From a virus (taxonomy: Duplodnaviria > Heunggongvirae > Uroviricota > Caudoviricetes): a DNA stretch of 64,000 nt. The stretch covers positions 6,308 through 70,307 of the IMG/VR virus record IMGVR_UViG_3300027763_000047; one strand, 5' to 3'. Shown here in pieces: positions 8,857-18,862 of the stretch. The notes under the pieces were generated by a model. The model searched no databases, was not told where the DNA came from, and saw only the letters and a program-made list of their open reading frames with translations. The position numbers and the translations under genes were made by a program. Each line of letters starts with the position of its first letter. Position 1 is the first letter of the stretch.

Positions 8857-8917
8857 GTATCGTTTTAACAGCGATACATTTTATCAGGTGTCCCTAAAAA
8901 GACACCTGCTTTTTTTT
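8857..8917. terminator. tandem hairpins plus T-run (likely bidirectional terminator between convergent operons)
   Basis: gtatcg...cgatac and caggtgtc-cctaaaaa-gacacctg followed by ctttttttttgg. Confidence 0.6.
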
Positions 8918-9027
8918 GGATTATCGTGATGCGGCAACACCCTGCTACTAAGTTAAATGATTACGCAACACTGGCAATTATGTCAGTGTGCGAGTTTTTA
9001 CCTATAGCTTTTATAGTTTATATTCTA

Positions 9028-9348
9028 TTATAGAAAATACCAGTTTCCGGGTGCATTGGCCAGGTCTCCAGGTAAGCCATAAGGAACGGTTCTACCGGCG
9101 TCAGTAAAAAACTCTACATCAATTGCTGTATACTGATGAGTGTATAAACGAACATTATCTGCGGCGGTGCCAGTGTTGCGCCACTCCCCATAACTGTCGC
9201 CAATTCCTGGGTTAGCATGCCATTCGGCTTGACTACCGGCAACAAAAAACGGTGTCCCGGGTCCAATAGTCCCTGGTAGTTCGCCTATATTAATGCCACC
9301 ACCTATTTCAATACCGTTGCCTACTTTAATTCCTAATGGGGGTGCCAT
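9028..9348 (-). CDS. putative tail-fiber tip/adhesin paralog C
   Basis: N-term MAPPLGIKVGNGIEIGGGINIG shared with two upstream genes. Confidence 0.55.
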   Translation of the reverse strand: MAPPLGIKVGNGIEIGGGINIGELPGTIGPGTPFFVAGSQAEWHANPGIGDSYGEWRNTGTAADNVRLYTHQYTAIDVEFFTDAGRTVPYGLPGDLANAPGNWYFL

Positions 9349-9357
9349 AATAATTCC

Positions 9358-10107
9358 TTAATATCCAAATCTTGTTTTGTAAGTGTTGTATTGTGCCTGT
9401 ATTGCGCTCAAACTTAACACACCGTCCCATACCTTTACCAAGCCCACATCAGCAGTGGGAACCTCTGAACTGGTGGTGGAATTAACATATCTACCAAACA
9501 ATCTTAGGCCGTTGAATCCACCGTTGGATGTGTTGGTATCATAAGTTGTTGTTGGCACAGTTGAGTTAGCAACATAGCTTTGTGAAAATGGAGATCCGGC
9601 GTCACCGTTATATGTTGCCCATATAAATTGCCAATTGCTGTCTGCAGGAATAGAATTACCTACAAAGGCATTGTTATAAAAAACATTTTGTACGTAACTA
9701 CTACCGTTAAACCATAAGCCCGCTAGCCAGTCTGGACTGGCGCTGTTGGCGTTTAACAATCTACCTGCCGCAATTGGTTGCGATCTGTACACCATCATCA
9801 CTGTGTAAGGTTGTGATGTTACGGAGTAATCTGGTCCAAATACCAAAAAGTCTGTGTCGGCGGCTGTAGTTTTGCGGAATATTCCGCCATCAGCAGGATC
9901 CCAAGACATACTGCCACTAGGATTAAGTGTTGTTATAGTGTAAGCGCCTGATCCCGCTATAGTTGTTCCATCCGCAGGCATGGTACTATAATTGGCCGCG
10001 TCAAGATCAAGAACTAAAACAGGTGGTATAGGTATTCGAACATCTGGACCAGCATTAATGCCGCCACCAAATGTAATGCCACCGCCAATTTGTAATGGTG
10101 CTACCAT
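9358..10107 (-). CDS. putative tail-fiber tip protein with concanavalin/LamG-like lectin fold
   Basis: N-term MVAPLQIGGGITFGGGINAG; W-x-F-I-W-A-T-Y-N-G ... V-K-V-W-D-G-V-L-S pattern. Confidence 0.5.
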   Translation of the reverse strand: MVAPLQIGGGITFGGGINAGPDVRIPIPPVLVLDLDAANYSTMPADGTTIAGSGAYTITTLNPSGSMSWDPADGGIFRKTTAADTDFLVFGPDYSVTSQPYTVMMVYRSQPIAAGRLLNANSASPDWLAGLWFNGSSYVQNVFYNNAFVGNSIPADSNWQFIWATYNGDAGSPFSQSYVANSTVPTTTYDTNTSNGGFNGLRLFGRYVNSTTSSEVPTADVGLVKVWDGVLSLSAIQAQYNTYKTRFGY

Positions 10108-10110
10108 AAT

Positions 10111-10434
10111 TTAATTTCCAGTAAATGTATAAAATAACCCACTGGTAAAGATTCCCCCAGTGATAGTAATTGTTTGTGCTCCTGGATCGGTACTGACCAC
10201 AGTTGCTCCTGGAATTTGATCCACTAACCAACCTGGCCCAACATTGTTTAAATTTGGTACACCAGTTAAAGAGTTCCAATTGCCAACAAAAAAGAATCCA
10301 ACGGCATCATTGCTGCCGGCTACATTTTGTACGCTGGGCGTTGTAGTCATTCCTTGGTAAATTTCGTGATTGCCAAGTTTAATACCACCGCCTATTTCAA
10401 TACCGTTGCCTATTTTAATTCCTGGAGCTACCAT
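10111..10434 (-). CDS. putative tail-fiber tip/adhesin paralog A
   Basis: N-term MVAPGIKIGNGIEIGGGIKLG. Confidence 0.55.
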   Translation of the reverse strand: MVAPGIKIGNGIEIGGGIKLGNHEIYQGMTTTPSVQNVAGSNDAVGFFFVGNWNSLTGVPNLNNVGPGWLVDQIPGATVVSTDPGAQTITITGGIFTSGLFYTFTGN

Positions 10435-10462
10435 AATAATTCCTTTTTAATATTTAGTTTAA

Positions 10463-13400
10463 TTAATAAAGTTTTGTATAACCATAATTAACTACCACAG
10501 AGTTGCCGCTGGTGTTGTTAATGCTAAAGTCAAATCTATTAGTAGTACTACTTGGAGCAACATTGCTTCTAACTATGGCGTTGGCTGTGCCTATAAATTG
10601 ATTGGGTATGCTGACAAAATCCAACGGTGTACCGCCACCGTTGTAAACCCAAGCATATTGTGTACCCACCACTGGAACATTGGTATTAGTAATGGTAGCT
10701 AGGGCATTCCACGCAATGATGCCGTTGGGTATATTGCCAGTGACCCACATATTATATGTGCCGCTACTTACAGTAAAGCTGTAAGTGTTGGTGCCAGCGG
10801 TTACTGACCAAGAGCCGGTTGTTTGTTGGGCCACATTGGTCAAGCCTGATCCATTACCAACAAAGGTATTAGCAGTAACATTGCCGGCAGCACTGATATT
10901 TGCACCAGAGATGTTGCCAGAAGAGGGTTCAACGGTAGCATAGTTATTATACTTTATATTACCATCATAGAGCATTATACTCATATAACCATTGGAGGTA
11001 ATATCTTGTGTGACTGCTGGAGCTGGTAAACTAGTTAATTGACTACCATTACCTAAAATATAATTGCCAGTAATATTACCGTAGGCACTTAGTGATCCGC
11101 CTGACATACTTGATGGTATCGTAATATCGCCACCACTTACTGTTAATCCTTGTACTCCGGTAATGTTGGCACTGACAACTGTTAGTTCTGACCCAGATGT
11201 TATGTTGCCCGAAACGCTAATATTGCCTTGTTGTATATTAAGATTACTTAGTACATTGCCACTTAAACTTAAATTACCACCATTGATATTTTGTCCATTT
11301 ACATTGGCACCTATTATATTGCCTTCCGCGCTAATGCTACCACCCATGCCGGTATTGGAAGACATTGTAAGATTTCCACCTTCCATTGTAAGGCCATTAA
11401 CACTATAAATGTTAGCGCCATATGCAAAGATGTTGCCACTCAAACTAATATTGCCTGCGGATATATTAGCAGCATTTACATTGCCGCTTATGTTGGCATT
11501 ACTAATAATATTACCTGATAAACTTAGGTTAGCGGCATTAATATCGCCTGAGAAGTTAGCACCAAAAGCATTAAGATATCCGCCGAGGCCAGTAATTTGA
11601 TTAATATTAATATTACCAGCATTGGAAGTAATGCCTGTTACTGTGTCAATTAATAATCCAGAGGCTGTAATGTTACCTGAAGTTGATATTACGTTACTAC
11701 CAAAGTCGCCTAAGAAGTTAGCCACGTTAGCGTTGCCATAATCGCTACCACCAATTGATACCGGGGTACCATTAGCGTAGTTAACTGCAAAAGTATTAGC
11801 TGGTAGAGTCAAGTTGCCTGTGTTACCAAATAACCATTGGTTAATGTTTGGGCCAGCGTTAGTAAAAATACCAACAGAGAAGTCGCTAGTAATACCAAAG
11901 ACGCCTTCGCCTCCGCTTATTGAAGAGTTGTCAGGAAACCTTAAACCACCATTTACACCAAATGTCCATTGTGCTGAGTTACCTACATTGTCATTAGTAT
12001 TAATAACAACGTTACCTGTGTTGGCTAGCTTGACGTACAAGTCATCACTGCCGAAGAACAATTCTGTAGAGTAAAGATTACCCGAAGTCAAGTGCAGATG
12101 ATTGGCATCATTAGTGGTTGGATAAATTAATAACTGTTGATCAGCATTTGTTCCACCTGTTGGCTTTAAAGCAATGGCACTGCCGCTAAGTCCGCCGTCC
12201 GGAATGTTGGTTTCATAGACAACACTATTCAATGGCAAGGTCAAGTTACCAGTAGTGTCAAAGTTCCAAGTCTTTGTGCCACTGACATTACCAGCCTGTA
12301 TGGCCACATTGCCATCCTGTAAAACAGCAACATTGGCTTGTTCATCTGTGCCCAAAATCACATTACCAACGCCACCACCAGCTGCTACATGTATATCCGC
12401 GTTCCCAGTCAAGTAAATATTTAAATACTCATTGCTGGCACCGTTTGGTTGTAGGTTTAAGTTTCCTGTGCCAATGATGTTGACATCATCAAATGTAACA
12501 TTACCTGTATTACCACCTCCGCCACTGAATGTAACAGGATCACCATTGGCATAGTTTACAGCGAATGTATTGGCTGGTAATGTTAAGTTACCAAGGCTAT
12601 CAAATATCCAAGTATTACCAGTTGAAGTGTACCCGTTCCAAGACTGTATGGAAACATTGCCGATTGGAGAAACTCCAACCATCACATTGGCACCAGCATC
12701 TTCACCTAATATAAGACTTCCATCATTGTTGGTAACATGAAGGTCTGGTCCAGAGGTTAGGAAGATGTCCAAATATGAAGCAGCATTGGTAGGATCTGGT
12801 TGTAAGTGTAAGTTACCTGTACCAATGACATTAATATCATTGAATGTTACATTGCCTGTGTTACCACCGCCACCGCCGTATGGACTACCGTTAGCATAGT
12901 TAATACTTGAGTAATTATTTGGTAATGTTATGTTACCGTCAACGCCGAATGTCCAATCAGTCGGAGCAGTATTATTATTACCGGCATTGGCAGCAGTATT
13001 ATATTTGGTTATTACAAATGTTGCCCCACCATTACCAGCAGTCATAGTCAATACATCACCTTCGGAATAACCTGTGCCCGGATCAGTTACACCAACGTTA
13101 ACAACCTGACCACTTAAACCATAACCGTAACCTACTATCATACCTGTACCTGTGCCTCCGGAAATAGCAGAAGAACTTCCGCCACCACCGTAACCACTGC
13201 CACCAGTTAGTAATGTACAGATATTATATTGACCTGTTACTCGTAGTGTCAAGTCGTTTACATTCGGTGCAATGATAGTAGCACTGTTGGGTAGTGTTAA
13301 GTTACCATTTACACCAAAGGCCCATGTATTGGCATTGGCTGTGATATTAACGCTAGTATTACTAGTTTCACTTATTTGGCTACCTTGAGGCAATGTCAAT

Positions 13401-16400
13401 GCACCACTAGCATTAAAATCCCATAGATTAGGACCAGGGCTACCATTTTGTCCTACTGCTATTCTAACAATACCTGATCCTGGAGTAGGGTTAGCATATA
13501 CTGCCGCTATGTTGCTGATGCCAACGTTCGCATAATCTTCTATCCATATGGATACTGCCGCACCATTGGCTCCAGTTGACAATATGGACAGTGGATGATC
13601 CGTAGATGCAATAGAAGCAATATTACCAGCAGGGTCATCAGGTGTGATAACTAAATTACCTGTTGGGAATGTTAAGTTACCAGTAGTGTCAAAGTTCCAC
13701 TGTGCTGAGTTTCCGGTGGCATCATCACTGCCGATCACAACATTGCCGGCGGCTTCTAATTTTACATACTTGATATCGGAGCCAAAGTATTGATCAAAAT
13801 AAGCATTGTTGCCTGTGTCAAGGTGTATGTGTGTGGCAACATCGCCACCACGCACTCGAATATATTGTAAATTGCCCACGCTTTCGGTGCCTGGAGCCAG
13901 GTACAGGCCACTGCTGCCAACTTGATCTCCAGTGCCCACAACAGCTTGATCGTCGAATGTAACGTTGCCTGTGTTGCCGCCGCCACCAGCCGTGTCATAT
14001 GTGATCTCACCAGTAGATGCATCATAATACATGGCATTTGCTGTGTTGGCTTGTCGCACTGGTTTCACTGTGAATGTGTTGACAGTGGTTTGCTCCAGGA
14101 CTGATCCTGTGGCGTTCAATATGATTGAGTTGTTGGCTTGATTGGAGTTGCCGGCTCCGTAGCCAATGGCCACTGCGTATTGGCCCTGTGTGTCTCGCCC
14201 GGCTCCATCACCAACGGCCACGGCCGAGATGCCTTGTGTGTTGTAACCAGCATTTTCGCCAATGGCCACTGCTGAGTTGCCTTGTGTGGTTTGACCAGCT
14301 TCAAAACCAATAGCCACGCCATAGATGCCTTGTGTGGTTTGACCAGCAAGTCTTCCAAATGCTATTGCCGAGGTTCCTTGTGTGGTTGCGCCAGCCCCAA
14401 AACCAATTGCTATTGCCGAGCCACCTTGTGTGGTTTGTCCAGCTCCTTGGCCCACAGCCACCGACGATTCACCTTGTGTGGTTTTACCAGCACTATCACC
14501 GATTGCTACTGATTGGTCACCTTGACTGGTATTACCAGCTTGATAACCAATGGCCACTGATATATTACCTTGATTGACATTACCAGCCGAGTTGCCAATG
14601 GCTACTGCAACCAGGCCTTGATTGGTTAGTCCAGCACCCGAACCAAATGCCACTGCGTCACCCACAGTGTCTTGAATTGTTGCACCGTTTGTGAGTGTGA
14701 TCACGCCTGTGCTGATATTGCCTGCTGTGATATTGCCCGTGGTGCTGATTGGGTTTGATCCTAATGCAGCCAAGTTAGCAACAACATTGGCGTTGCCATA
14801 ACTTGCGGAAATACCAGTCAGTTGACTACCGTTGCCCAGAATATAACTACCAGTGATGTTGCCAACAGCACTGATGTTGCCAGGCACAGTCAAGTTACCA
14901 TCTGTGCCAAAGGTCCATGCATTACCGGCAGTTCTATCCGTGATACTATAATTGTTGCTACCATTGCCAAGAATACCAAAGTCCCATTGCTGAGTTGCGG
15001 TGGCCTGATCCTGCACTGACATATAAGCACTACGCGGAGTATTGTAGTTGTCATCGTAGCCAACCACAGTAATGCCAGGGCCAGCCACAATGCCAAAGTC
15101 TGTGCTTTCTACTCTTGGAGTATTGACCGTTATGTATGGAGTATAATCAACTCGGGGCTGGTAAGCCGTGTTACCGTTAATATCCAATAGACCATCGCCA
15201 TCGAACTGCATGGTGGTGTAGGTATCACCAGGCGTACCGCCTTGATTGGAAAAATCTCCCAACCAATTTATCTGCACCGCTCCAGAGTTGCCGCTAGGAT
15301 AACCACCGTAAGGATCGCCATTGGCATAGTTGATTGATATTTCGCTGTTACCTGGCAGTGTTAAGTTACCATCAGTGTCAAAAGCCCAGTTATAGGTGTT
15401 TGTTCCAATTGATATGTTACCACCGGATTCTAACTTGACATATTTGCTATCATCACCAAAGTATTGATCAAAATAACCATTATCGCCAGTGTCAAGATGT
15501 ATGTGTGTGGCAACATCACCACCACGCACTCTCAAGTATTGTAAATTGCCCGAGCTGTTAGCGCCAGGAGCCAAATACAAGCCACTGCCGCCGATTTCAT
15601 CGCCTGTGCCTACTACAATGTTATTATCAAATGTAACATTACCCGTATTACCGCTACCAGATGGCAGACCAGTTAATTGACTTCCATTGCCTAGGATGTA
15701 ACTTCCGGTAATATTACCAGTTGTTGAAATTACTACGTTACTGTTTGCCAAATATGTAGAAACATCAGCATTTGAGTAACTGGCTGGAAGATTAGTTAAT
15801 TGACTTCCATTACCAACGAAATAATTAGCAGTAATATTGCCGGTAGCAGATACCGTACCTACTGTAAGAACTTCTGTTCCGGAATTATACTTGAATAAAT
15901 TAGAAGTAGTAATATAACCGGTAGAATTAGCAAACGCTACAGCATTAGCATAATAATTAGGAGAGTACAGATTATTTAAAGTAACATCGCCGGCGTTGAT
16001 TGATCCTGTCGTACTAATTGTGTTGGAACCAAAGTTTGCTAAGAAACCAGCAGTATTTGCATTTCCATAATTAGAAGCAATACCAGTTAGCTGACTGCCA
16101 TTGCCAAAGAAATAACTAGCGGTGATATTGCCAGTAGTTGATATATTTGATGTTAATGCTTGTAAGTAAGATGAAACATTGCCATTAGCATATACTTGGC
16201 CTTGTAATGTAGTTATATTACTTGAATTGTTTGAAACATTAGATTGAATACTAATTATAGTATTGTCAGTTGGCAAGTATACGGCTACATTACTGTTACC
16301 ATAACTAGTAGTAACTACAATATTTGATATCAGACCGCCATCACCAATAAAATAGCCACTTGTTGTAATATTACCTACAATAGATAAATTGGCGGTTGAT

Positions 16401-17437
16401 GCTAATTGATATGCCATTCCGGCTACAACAGCTGAGTTGGCATTGTCCGCTTGAACAGCATAAGTTGCTGCGTTAGCTGTTTGTGCTATAGTGGCTGTGT
16501 TAGCAAATGATGCTAAGTTGGCATTGATTGCGAATAAAGCAGTATCAGCATTGATCGCCTGAGTAGCCAATGCTGCTAGATTAGCTACATATGCTGTGTT
16601 AGCAACAAGAGCAAACGGCACATTACCTACAATAGCATTGGCTGTAATGTTAGTGATATTGCTGCCATTGCCATACAGATAATTAGCAGTAACTCTATTA
16701 CCAACAATAGCATTGGCATATACATTCCCGGTTGTTGATACATTACCAGTGATAGATAAGGCAGATATTTGTCCAAAACTAGTTAAGTTTGAATAATTTA
16801 TGCTATTGCTGAATGTATTTCCAAGTAAAGCATTGGCCTGTACATTGGCAATAACATTGGTTAAATTGGCACCATCACCGATGAAAGTAGGTGCTGTAAT
16901 AGCAATTGTGCTATTCCAGCTGTTAGCTGAGTAATTATATGTAAAGTTAGCTCCTGCTATAGGAATTAACAGTCCGCCGCCATTAGCCTGTGCTGCATTG
17001 GCAGCACCGGTTGCTAGTGTAACATTTGAATTAGCAACAGATAAATTAGAATAGTTAACAGTAATAACATTGCCTGTTACCTGCAGGTTACCAGCTACAT
17101 AGACATTACCGGAGAACGTACCGGTGGCAGCGTTTATATATTGAGCGTAAACTGTACTGAAACGATTGGTACCCAACCCAATTGACCGGACATTGGGCAC
17201 ATCTGGTACAAAGTTGGCTGCTGGCACAACAACACCAATGCCATTTGTGGCTAATTGTAAATTGCCATTGTTATTGGTAACCTGTATGGTATTGTTGGCA
17301 ATTGTGATATTGCTGCCCACCGGGCCCGCTGCAAAAAGCTGTGTAAAATTGTAATTGGTGTCGGTAAAAGCTGTACGAAGTGGCGCACCTGTGCCATCGT
17401 TAGCGATATTGCCGGTATTGATAATTATTTGTCCCAT
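10463..17437 (-). CDS. giant tail fiber protein (2324 aa)
   Basis: N-term MGQIIINTGNIANDGTGAPLRTAFTDTNYNFTQLF fiber motif; about 13 S-A-V-A-I-G-x-x-A-G-x-T-T-Q-G repeats; multiple W-x-F-x-x-x-G-N-L-T-L-P and GNGSQLTG modules. Confidence 0.85.
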   Translation of the reverse strand: MGQIIINTGNIANDGTGAPLRTAFTDTNYNFTQLFAAGPVGSNITIANNTIQVTNNNGNLQLATNGIGVVVPAANFVPDVPNVRSIGLGTNRFSTVYAQYINAATGTFSGNVYVAGNLQVTGNVITVNYSNLSVANSNVTLATGAANAAQANGGGLLIPIAGANFTYNYSANSWNSTIAITAPTFIGDGANLTNVIANVQANALLGNTFSNSINYSNLTSFGQISALSITGNVSTTGNVYANAIVGNRVTANYLYGNGSNITNITANAIVGNVPFALVANTAYVANLAALATQAINADTALFAINANLASFANTATIAQTANAATYAVQADNANSAVVAGMAYQLASTANLSIVGNITTSGYFIGDGGLISNIVVTTSYGNSNVAVYLPTDNTIISIQSNVSNNSSNITTLQGQVYANGNVSSYLQALTSNISTTGNITASYFFGNGSQLTGIASNYGNANTAGFLANFGSNTISTTGSINAGDVTLNNLYSPNYYANAVAFANSTGYITTSNLFKYNSGTEVLTVGTVSATGNITANYFVGNGSQLTNLPASYSNADVSTYLANSNVVISTTGNITGSYILGNGSQLTGLPSGSGNTGNVTFDNNIVVGTGDEIGGSGLYLAPGANSSGNLQYLRVRGGDVATHIHLDTGDNGYFDQYFGDDSKYVKLESGGNISIGTNTYNWAFDTDGNLTLPGNSEISINYANGDPYGGYPSGNSGAVQINWLGDFSNQGGTPGDTYTTMQFDGDGLLDINGNTAYQPRVDYTPYITVNTPRVESTDFGIVAGPGITVVGYDDNYNTPRSAYMSVQDQATATQQWDFGILGNGSNNYSITDRTAGNAWTFGTDGNLTVPGNISAVGNITGSYILGNGSQLTGISASYGNANVVANLAALGSNPISTTGNITAGNISTGVITLTNGATIQDTVGDAVAFGSGAGLTNQGLVAVAIGNSAGNVNQGNISVAIGYQAGNTSQGDQSVAIGDSAGKTTQGESSVAVGQGAGQTTQGGSAIAIGFGAGATTQGTSAIAFGRLAGQTTQGIYGVAIGFEAGQTTQGNSAVAIGENAGYNTQGISAVAVGDGAGRDTQGQYAVAIGYGAGNSNQANNSIILNATGSVLEQTTVNTFTVKPVRQANTANAMYYDASTGEITYDTAGGGGNTGNVTFDDQAVVGTGDQVGSSGLYLAPGTESVGNLQYIRVRGGDVATHIHLDTGNNAYFDQYFGSDIKYVKLEAAGNVVIGSDDATGNSAQWNFDTTGNLTFPTGNLVITPDDPAGNIASIASTDHPLSILSTGANGAAVSIWIEDYANVGISNIAAVYANPTPGSGIVRIAVGQNGSPGPNLWDFNASGALTLPQGSQISETSNTSVNITANANTWAFGVNGNLTLPNSATIIAPNVNDLTLRVTGQYNICTLLTGGSGYGGGGSSSAISGGTGTGMIVGYGYGLSGQVVNVGVTDPGTGYSEGDVLTMTAGNGGATFVITKYNTAANAGNNNTAPTDWTFGVDGNITLPNNYSSINYANGSPYGGGGGNTGNVTFNDINVIGTGNLHLQPDPTNAASYLDIFLTSGPDLHVTNNDGSLILGEDAGANVMVGVSPIGNVSIQSWNGYTSTGNTWIFDSLGNLTLPANTFAVNYANGDPVTFSGGGGNTGNVTFDDVNIIGTGNLNLQPNGASNEYLNIYLTGNADIHVAAGGGVGNVILGTDEQANVAVLQDGNVAIQAGNVSGTKTWNFDTTGNLTLPLNSVVYETNIPDGGLSGSAIALKPTGGTNADQQLLIYPTTNDANHLHLTSGNLYSTELFFGSDDLYVKLANTGNVVINTNDNVGNSAQWTFGVNGGLRFPDNSSISGGEGVFGITSDFSVGIFTNAGPNINQWLFGNTGNLTLPANTFAVNYANGTPVSIGGSDYGNANVANFLGDFGSNVISTSGNITASGLLIDTVTGITSNAGNININQITGLGGYLNAFGANFSGDINAANLSLSGNIISNANISGNVNAANISAGNISLSGNIFAYGANIYSVNGLTMEGGNLTMSSNTGMGGSISAEGNIIGANVNGQNINGGNLSLSGNVLSNLNIQQGNISVSGNITSGSELTVVSANITGVQGLTVSGGDITIPSSMSGGSLSAYGNITGNYILGNGSQLTSLPAPAVTQDITSNGYMSIMLYDGNIKYNNYATVEPSSGNISGANISAAGNVTANTFVGNGSGLTNVAQQTTGSWSVTAGTNTYSFTVSSGTYNMWVTGNIPNGIIAWNALATITNTNVPVVGTQYAWVYNGGGTPLDFVSIPNQFIGTANAIVRSNVAPSSTTNRFDFSINNTSGNSVVVNYGYTKLY

Positions 17438-17584
17438 TGGCCAATCCTTGATTGTTTCAAGTATTTAGTTAAAATAGGATATCATAGTTTTTGGGCGAAT
17501 CTAGCCAAAATATTTGTTTCTGTTGTCGTTTGCGCTATAATAACGCATAGGCTTAAAAACCTAACTACTTAAAAGGAAATCGTT

Positions 17585-17854
17585 ATGATTAAGAAATTAA
17601 ACAAAGGTACCAAGTCGCACCAGTTGTTCAAGCACCTACAGACCGGCGCTCAGATTACTGCCGCAGAAGCAGCTCGTATGTTCGGTATCAAGAATATTCG
17701 TGCTGAGGTTTCACGTGTACGTCACGCAGGTTTCGCAGTATACAGTAAGTCATATACTGCTGGTAACCATGTTAAAGTTACATACTACGTTATGGGAACC
17801 CCAAGTCAAGAGATCGTAGCTGCTGGCTATCGTGCGCTCGCATTAGGTCTGTAA
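17585..17854 (+). CDS. small hypothetical protein, possible HTH DNA-binding
   Basis: 89 aa; ITAAEAARMFGIKNIRAEVSRVR helix-turn-helix-like segment. Confidence 0.45.
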   Translation: MIKKLNKGTKSHQLFKHLQTGAQITAAEAARMFGIKNIRAEVSRVRHAGFAVYSKSYTAGNHVKVTYYVMGTPSQEIVAAGYRALALGL

Positions 17855-17881
17855 TACTCCGTTCGGTGTGTTATAAGTAAA

Positions 17882-17906
17882 AGCCCCAGCAATTGGGGCT
17901 TTTTTG
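17882..17906. terminator. bidirectional rho-independent terminator
   Basis: agcccca-gcaat-tggggct followed by tttttg; lies between convergent genes. Confidence 0.7.
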
Positions 17907-17912
17907 TGACAA

Positions 17913-18425
17913 TTACAGGAAGAACTTTTCATTCTCATAGAATATTCTACCGGAGATACTGAATCTTATCTTCCCAGGTTCAATACCACGTACTGCGTGA
18001 GGCTCGCTAACCTGTAGTATATGCCATCTATGTGGCTCGATATTCATTGATTGAACTTTTTCATGCGTCTTACCATCGTAAAATTCCGTAAGAACATTGT
18101 CGCCGCCTGTTTCAAAAATATAAGATATTTTTACAAGGGTAAGGTCTGTATGTGGAGCTAGGTCTCCATCTATAAATTGAAATCCCCAGGTTGTATCTGG
18201 TATTACGTTTTCATCACACCATTTGGCTATGGGACTTCCCATAATATTGGTACGTTTATAATTATCCCATTGATATAGATCTTCACCATGATATGTAGTA
18301 TAATCTCGACTGAGATTTGCTATTAGTTCTTCTGGAATTTTTGGGAGATTTATATATCTAATTGGTGAATTTTTCATGGTGCGCCTACTGTTTGAATATT
18401 TACTATAATTATTCACACTTGACAA
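17913..18425 (-). CDS. 2OG-Fe(II) oxygenase/cupin-like protein
   Basis: APHTDL (HxD) and distal EPHAV histidine. Confidence 0.45.
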   Translation of the reverse strand: MSSVNNYSKYSNSRRTMKNSPIRYINLPKIPEELIANLSRDYTTYHGEDLYQWDNYKRTNIMGSPIAKWCDENVIPDTTWGFQFIDGDLAPHTDLTLVKISYIFETGGDNVLTEFYDGKTHEKVQSMNIEPHRWHILQVSEPHAVRGIEPGKIRFSISGRIFYENEKFFL

Positions 18426-18447
18426 TTAAATAGACCCAGCATACAAT
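18419..18447 (+). promoter_or_regulatory. sigma70-type promoter of the TTGACAATTAA family
   Basis: ttgacaattaaatagacccagcatacaat. Confidence 0.6.
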
Positions 18448-18475
18448 AACTATAATTAAACAACGAGGAATTAGC

Positions 18476-18796
18476 ATGACAGATTTTTGGTTGGGATTGG
18501 TAATTGGGTTTGTGGTCGCACTGGTGCTGGCTTACCTGATAACGGATTATTTAGGCACACGACTGTTACGTAGACTGCAACAGGAGATGGCGGCAGAAGA
18601 TTCTGTACAAGAAGAAGTTGTTGTCAGAGTCGAACGTGTGGGTGATGTCATCTATTGTTACGATGAGGCCAACCAGTTTGTTTGTCAGGGTAGAGATGTA
18701 AAAGAAATCGAACAGGCATTTAGAGACCGTTATCCCAATAGATACTGCGTACTGATACTACGTGGTGAGCAAGACGTATTGGGGGAAATGAAATAA
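18476..18796 (+). CDS. small membrane protein
   Basis: N-terminal TM FWLGLVIGFVVALVLAYLI. Confidence 0.55.
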   Translation: MTDFWLGLVIGFVVALVLAYLITDYLGTRLLRRLQQEMAAEDSVQEEVVVRVERVGDVIYCYDEANQFVCQGRDVKEIEQAFRDRYPNRYCVLILRGEQDVLGEMK

Positions 18797-18815
18797 TATC
18801 ATAACTTAGATTTTG

Positions 18816-18844
18816 GTTGACAATTAATTCAGTTAATTGTAAAC
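18816..18844 (+). promoter_or_regulatory. sigma70-type promoter of the TTGACAATTAA family
   Basis: ttgacaattaattcagttaattgtaaact. Confidence 0.6.
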
Positions 18845-18862
18845 TAGTGGTATTATAAATTA

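Noticed and set aside
8716-9027. Possible tRNA or sRNA in the largest non-coding gaps (also 17438-17584, 31229-31450)
   Set aside because: No acceptor-stem or anticodon-arm arrangement could be recognised by eye. The gaps are explained by terminators and promoters. A tRNAscan run would settle it.
14100-14650. Periodic ~42-bp DNA repeats that could be mistaken for a CRISPR array
   Set aside because: The repeats are in-frame coding repeats (S-A-V-A-I-G-x-x-A-G-x-T-T-Q-G) within the fiber gene. There are no spacers and no cas genes.
11163-15680. Many ORFs of 60-90 aa on the + strand inside the minus-strand giant fiber gene (e.g. 11163, 11291, 11409, 11814, 13922, 14125, 14282, 14332, 14822, 15489) and the minus-strand ORFs 13762-14037, 14116-14358 and 14890-15096 in other frames
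   Set aside because: They are fully embedded in a 7-kb continuous ORF with clear tail-fiber motifs. Their proteins are low-complexity mirror images of the repeats, so they are spurious.
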